The translations under genes were made by a program, and so were the position numbers. Of a stretch of 64,000 nt of DNA, positions 61,791 through 64,000 are shown one piece after another. How positions within the stretch are numbered: position 1 is the stretch's first letter; each line of letters begins with the position of its first letter. The notes under the pieces are model-generated. The model ran no database searches. It was not told where the DNA came from and saw only the letters and a program-made list of their open reading frames with translations. The DNA is from an uncultured Bacteroidales bacterium (GTDB lineage Bacteria > Bacteroidota > Bacteroidia > Bacteroidales > FEN-979): the NCBI GenBank assembly GCA_903915465.1, contig CAIWTA010000120.1, positions 591 to 64,590 of the forward strand, read 5' to 3'.

Positions 61791-62140
61791 AAATTTTCTC
61801 ATCAACAGAAGTGAGTACCTGATCCGAAAATCGCACAGCAATCCGGATGCATCAAAAAGCAGCGGCTAATGCGATGAAAGTTCATTTCGACACCTTATTT
61901 CCGCGTACTTCCGCACATTTGTGCGTTAATAAAGCATATTTTTTCCACAAACTATGTTGAGAAATTCCTTCTGCAAAAAAAAAATCCCCTTAGTGTCTCA
62001 TATCCGGCGACTTACATGATCATAACCATTATTGTTTGATTTTCAGATATTTCTGGCATATCCTTTGCTTATCCTAATTCTTTTCATTCTTGCACCCAGC
62101 AACGGAAGACTTGTTTTTACTGAATAAAAAAACTAAAATA

Positions 62141-64000
62141 ATGACCATGGAAACACCACATGCTAGATCTGTAACATTATTCTCGACAGCACTTTTAATA
62201 CTAATCCTGATCATTGGGCTTTCGTCCTGCCGGAAAAAGGACGTCACTTACGATCCGGTTAACCCCAACCCACCAAATCCGGAAGAGCCGGCTGTTTTTC
62301 CAAATAAACCGCTCAATATGCTTACAGCCAGCGAAAGGGCACATGGGAAGGAATTCTCTGGATATATTTCTCATTGCCTTGGAAAAGGATTGGGAAGAAC
62401 CGGGGTTGGAGGAGAAGGTTTTCCTTATGAAAAAATTGGTGATTTACTCATGGAAATTCATAAAGACAAAGTAGCGGCAGAAGAATACACTACGATAACA
62501 ACTGACCTGAATAATATTTCTGCACAGCTTGTTCAGTTGGATGCCGAAGTTCAACAACTTTCGCAACAGTTACAAATGGGTCTTGTGAAAATTTCGGATC
62601 AGCTTGATAATATGCAATTACAGCCTTATGTAACATTCCTTACAAGTCGTTTTAAAACATTTGATAACTCGGGGTTACTCTATTATGCAACAAATGCCGC
62701 CACTTACAAACAGAATAATGACAGTGCCCACATGCAACAGCTGGATACCTATGCCCTTGCTTTTGCGAATACCTATTATAATTCATCTACACCCATCGAT
62801 ACGTATATTCAGGGAATACACGATATCATGTGCCCGGGTACCTTCAGTGCAAACCCGTTAAAAAAATTCACCGACCTGCTGGTTGTAAAACCTGTAAATG
62901 TGCAGGATACTGCGGATGCCATGAATGCCTATAAAATGCTGGAAAACTATTTCCTCTACCTTGTTAATGTCCAGTTCCAGGGTGCGACCGTCCTGTGTAA
63001 TATTGATACATTAGTTGGCATGCCGGGAGAGTTTAATGGTTATTTCACACATACTTTCAGGGGATTTATACAAGACGAAATATCTGTTTTCCTTCAAACT
63101 GTTGACTACATGACCGTTAACCTGTCTGATTACCGGACACAGGATCGGTTTACTCAGGATGTGTGTAATTTTGGCCGCGGAGGTATGGCTCCTGACAGGA
63201 TTTTCTACAACGTTGTTGCGCGTTCAAGATTTCTCGCCAATTTGCTCTACGCAGCAATTGGCCTACCCTATTATGGTGTTACAGGAGTGATCGTAACTCC
63301 TCAAAATTACCAGAATGGAATAAATGCGCCAATAACATCCTTAGCAATCCAATTATCGGGGCCTGATGCTTTCATGATGAATTCTGATACCAACAAGGTC
63401 TATCTTAGTATCTACCCGAATACCTCATGGAGTGTTAATGCTTCATCTAAAACCGGGACCTGCACAGCGAGCCCGAATTGGAGTGTTTTCAATTTCAGGA
63501 ACGCTGCCACAAATACTCAGGGCGGAAAATACACGATTGCTTCAGCCGACAATACCACCCAGGGCGATTTTCCCTGGCCTCATGTATCGATCCCTATTAA
63601 AAGTAACAGTTCTGTAACTGTACTATACTATAATCCACAACACCCCGATCCCGGAACTGCCACAACCGGACCAACTGCCACAAATACAATGCCATTCGGA
63701 AGTTTTTCCGGAGCCTGGTACTGGGGATATTTATATCTGAGTGAAACCGAATTAAGCAACTTCTGGCATCTCAATCCATTCGACTATATTGAGGTGGATC
63801 CCAACGGTTTTACAGGTCCTGATATTCCGACACCAATAAATGCTACAACTGATAAGGATGATAATTTGTGGCCGCATGGAACAGGAGGTTTCCTCTATCC
63901 TGAAAATAATGTCGGCAACATGCAATGGAACGGTCCTTCAATAATGACAGATAACTGGGCATTTATTGCAGATGCAATGCATACAACCGTGGAAATTTCC
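62141..64000 (+). CDS. Large lipoprotein of unknown function (3' end outside window)
   Basis: Not in the ORF track because no stop is reached. ATG at 62141, lipobox LIIGLSSC, and I read 620 codons to the window end with no in-frame stop. Confidence 0.65.
   Translation, partial: MTMETPHARSVTLFSTALLILILIIGLSSCRKKDVTYDPVNPNPPNPEEPAVFPNKPLNMLTASERAHGKEFSGYISHCLGKGLGRTGVGGEGFPYEKIGDLLMEIHKDKVAAEEYTTITTDLNNISAQLVQLDAEVQQLSQQLQMGLVKISDQLDNMQLQPYVTFLTSRFKTFDNSGLLYYATNAATYKQNNDSAHMQQLDTYALAFANTYYNSSTPIDTYIQGIHDIMCPGTFSANPLKKFTDLLVVKPVNVQDTADAMNAYKMLENYFLYLVNVQFQGATVLCNIDTLVGMPGEFNGYFTHTFRGFIQDEISVFLQTVDYMTVNLSDYRTQDRFTQDVCNFGRGGMAPDRIFYNVVARSRFLANLLYAAIGLPYYGVTGVIVTPQNYQNGINAPITSLAIQLSGPDAFMMNSDTNKVYLSIYPNTSWSVNASSKTGTCTASPNWSVFNFRNAATNTQGGKYTIASADNTTQGDFPWPHVSIPIKSNSSVTVLYYNPQHPDPGTATTGPTATNTMPFGSFSGAWYWGYLYLSETELSNFWHLNPFDYIEVDPNGFTGPDIPTPINATTDKDDNLWPHGTGGFLYPENNVGNMQWNGPSIMTDNWAFIADAMHTTVEIS

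Overview
This window is 64 kb of a Bacteroidota chromosome. The lineage call rests on gldD, at least six proteins with T9SS C-terminal sorting domains, TAnnTTTG -7 promoter boxes, a bS22-type mini ribosomal protein, and signal peptides that obey the Gln(+1) rule. From about 8.9 kb to 64 kb the content is ordinary core and envelope genes: prs-ctc-pth, pfkA, recJ, asnS, DAHP synthase/chorismate mutase, corA, ssb, mutY, HU, rng, trpS, hflX, lnt, a cold-shock protein, an MBOAT/AlgJ-like O-acylation pair, and a roughly 9 kb Wzx/Wzy-type polysaccharide locus. The left 8.7 kb is accessory. It begins with the tail of a conjugative-element-like region (an ArdC-like C-terminus and small ORFs that share a leader box). 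An AT-rich island follows and ends beside the 3' end of tRNA-Leu(CAA). That island holds four TIR domains in five ORFs. One unit is a translationally coupled operon: TIR / [KGGVGR-type ParA-like ATPase - Roc GTPase - COR - TIR] / membrane-anchored protein. The other is a convergent pair: a TIR-HAD fusion and an IUNH-type nucleoside hydrolase. I regard this as a candidate undescribed ROCO/TIR conflict (anti-phage) system and it is the main finding. Secondary observations:
- an Nramp-related transporter with Mg-type (NRMT-like) site substitutions, paired with a free MgtE-N/CBS protein and a long structured leader
- an unannotated bS22-like 29-codon ORF
- a divergent FolD-like paralogue
- an inverted-repeat-flanked O-acylation cassette
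- a GC-rich multi-hairpin element in front of the polysaccharide locus
- several dispersed mini-repeat families

All calls come from reading the sequence and the ORF translations. No database search was run.
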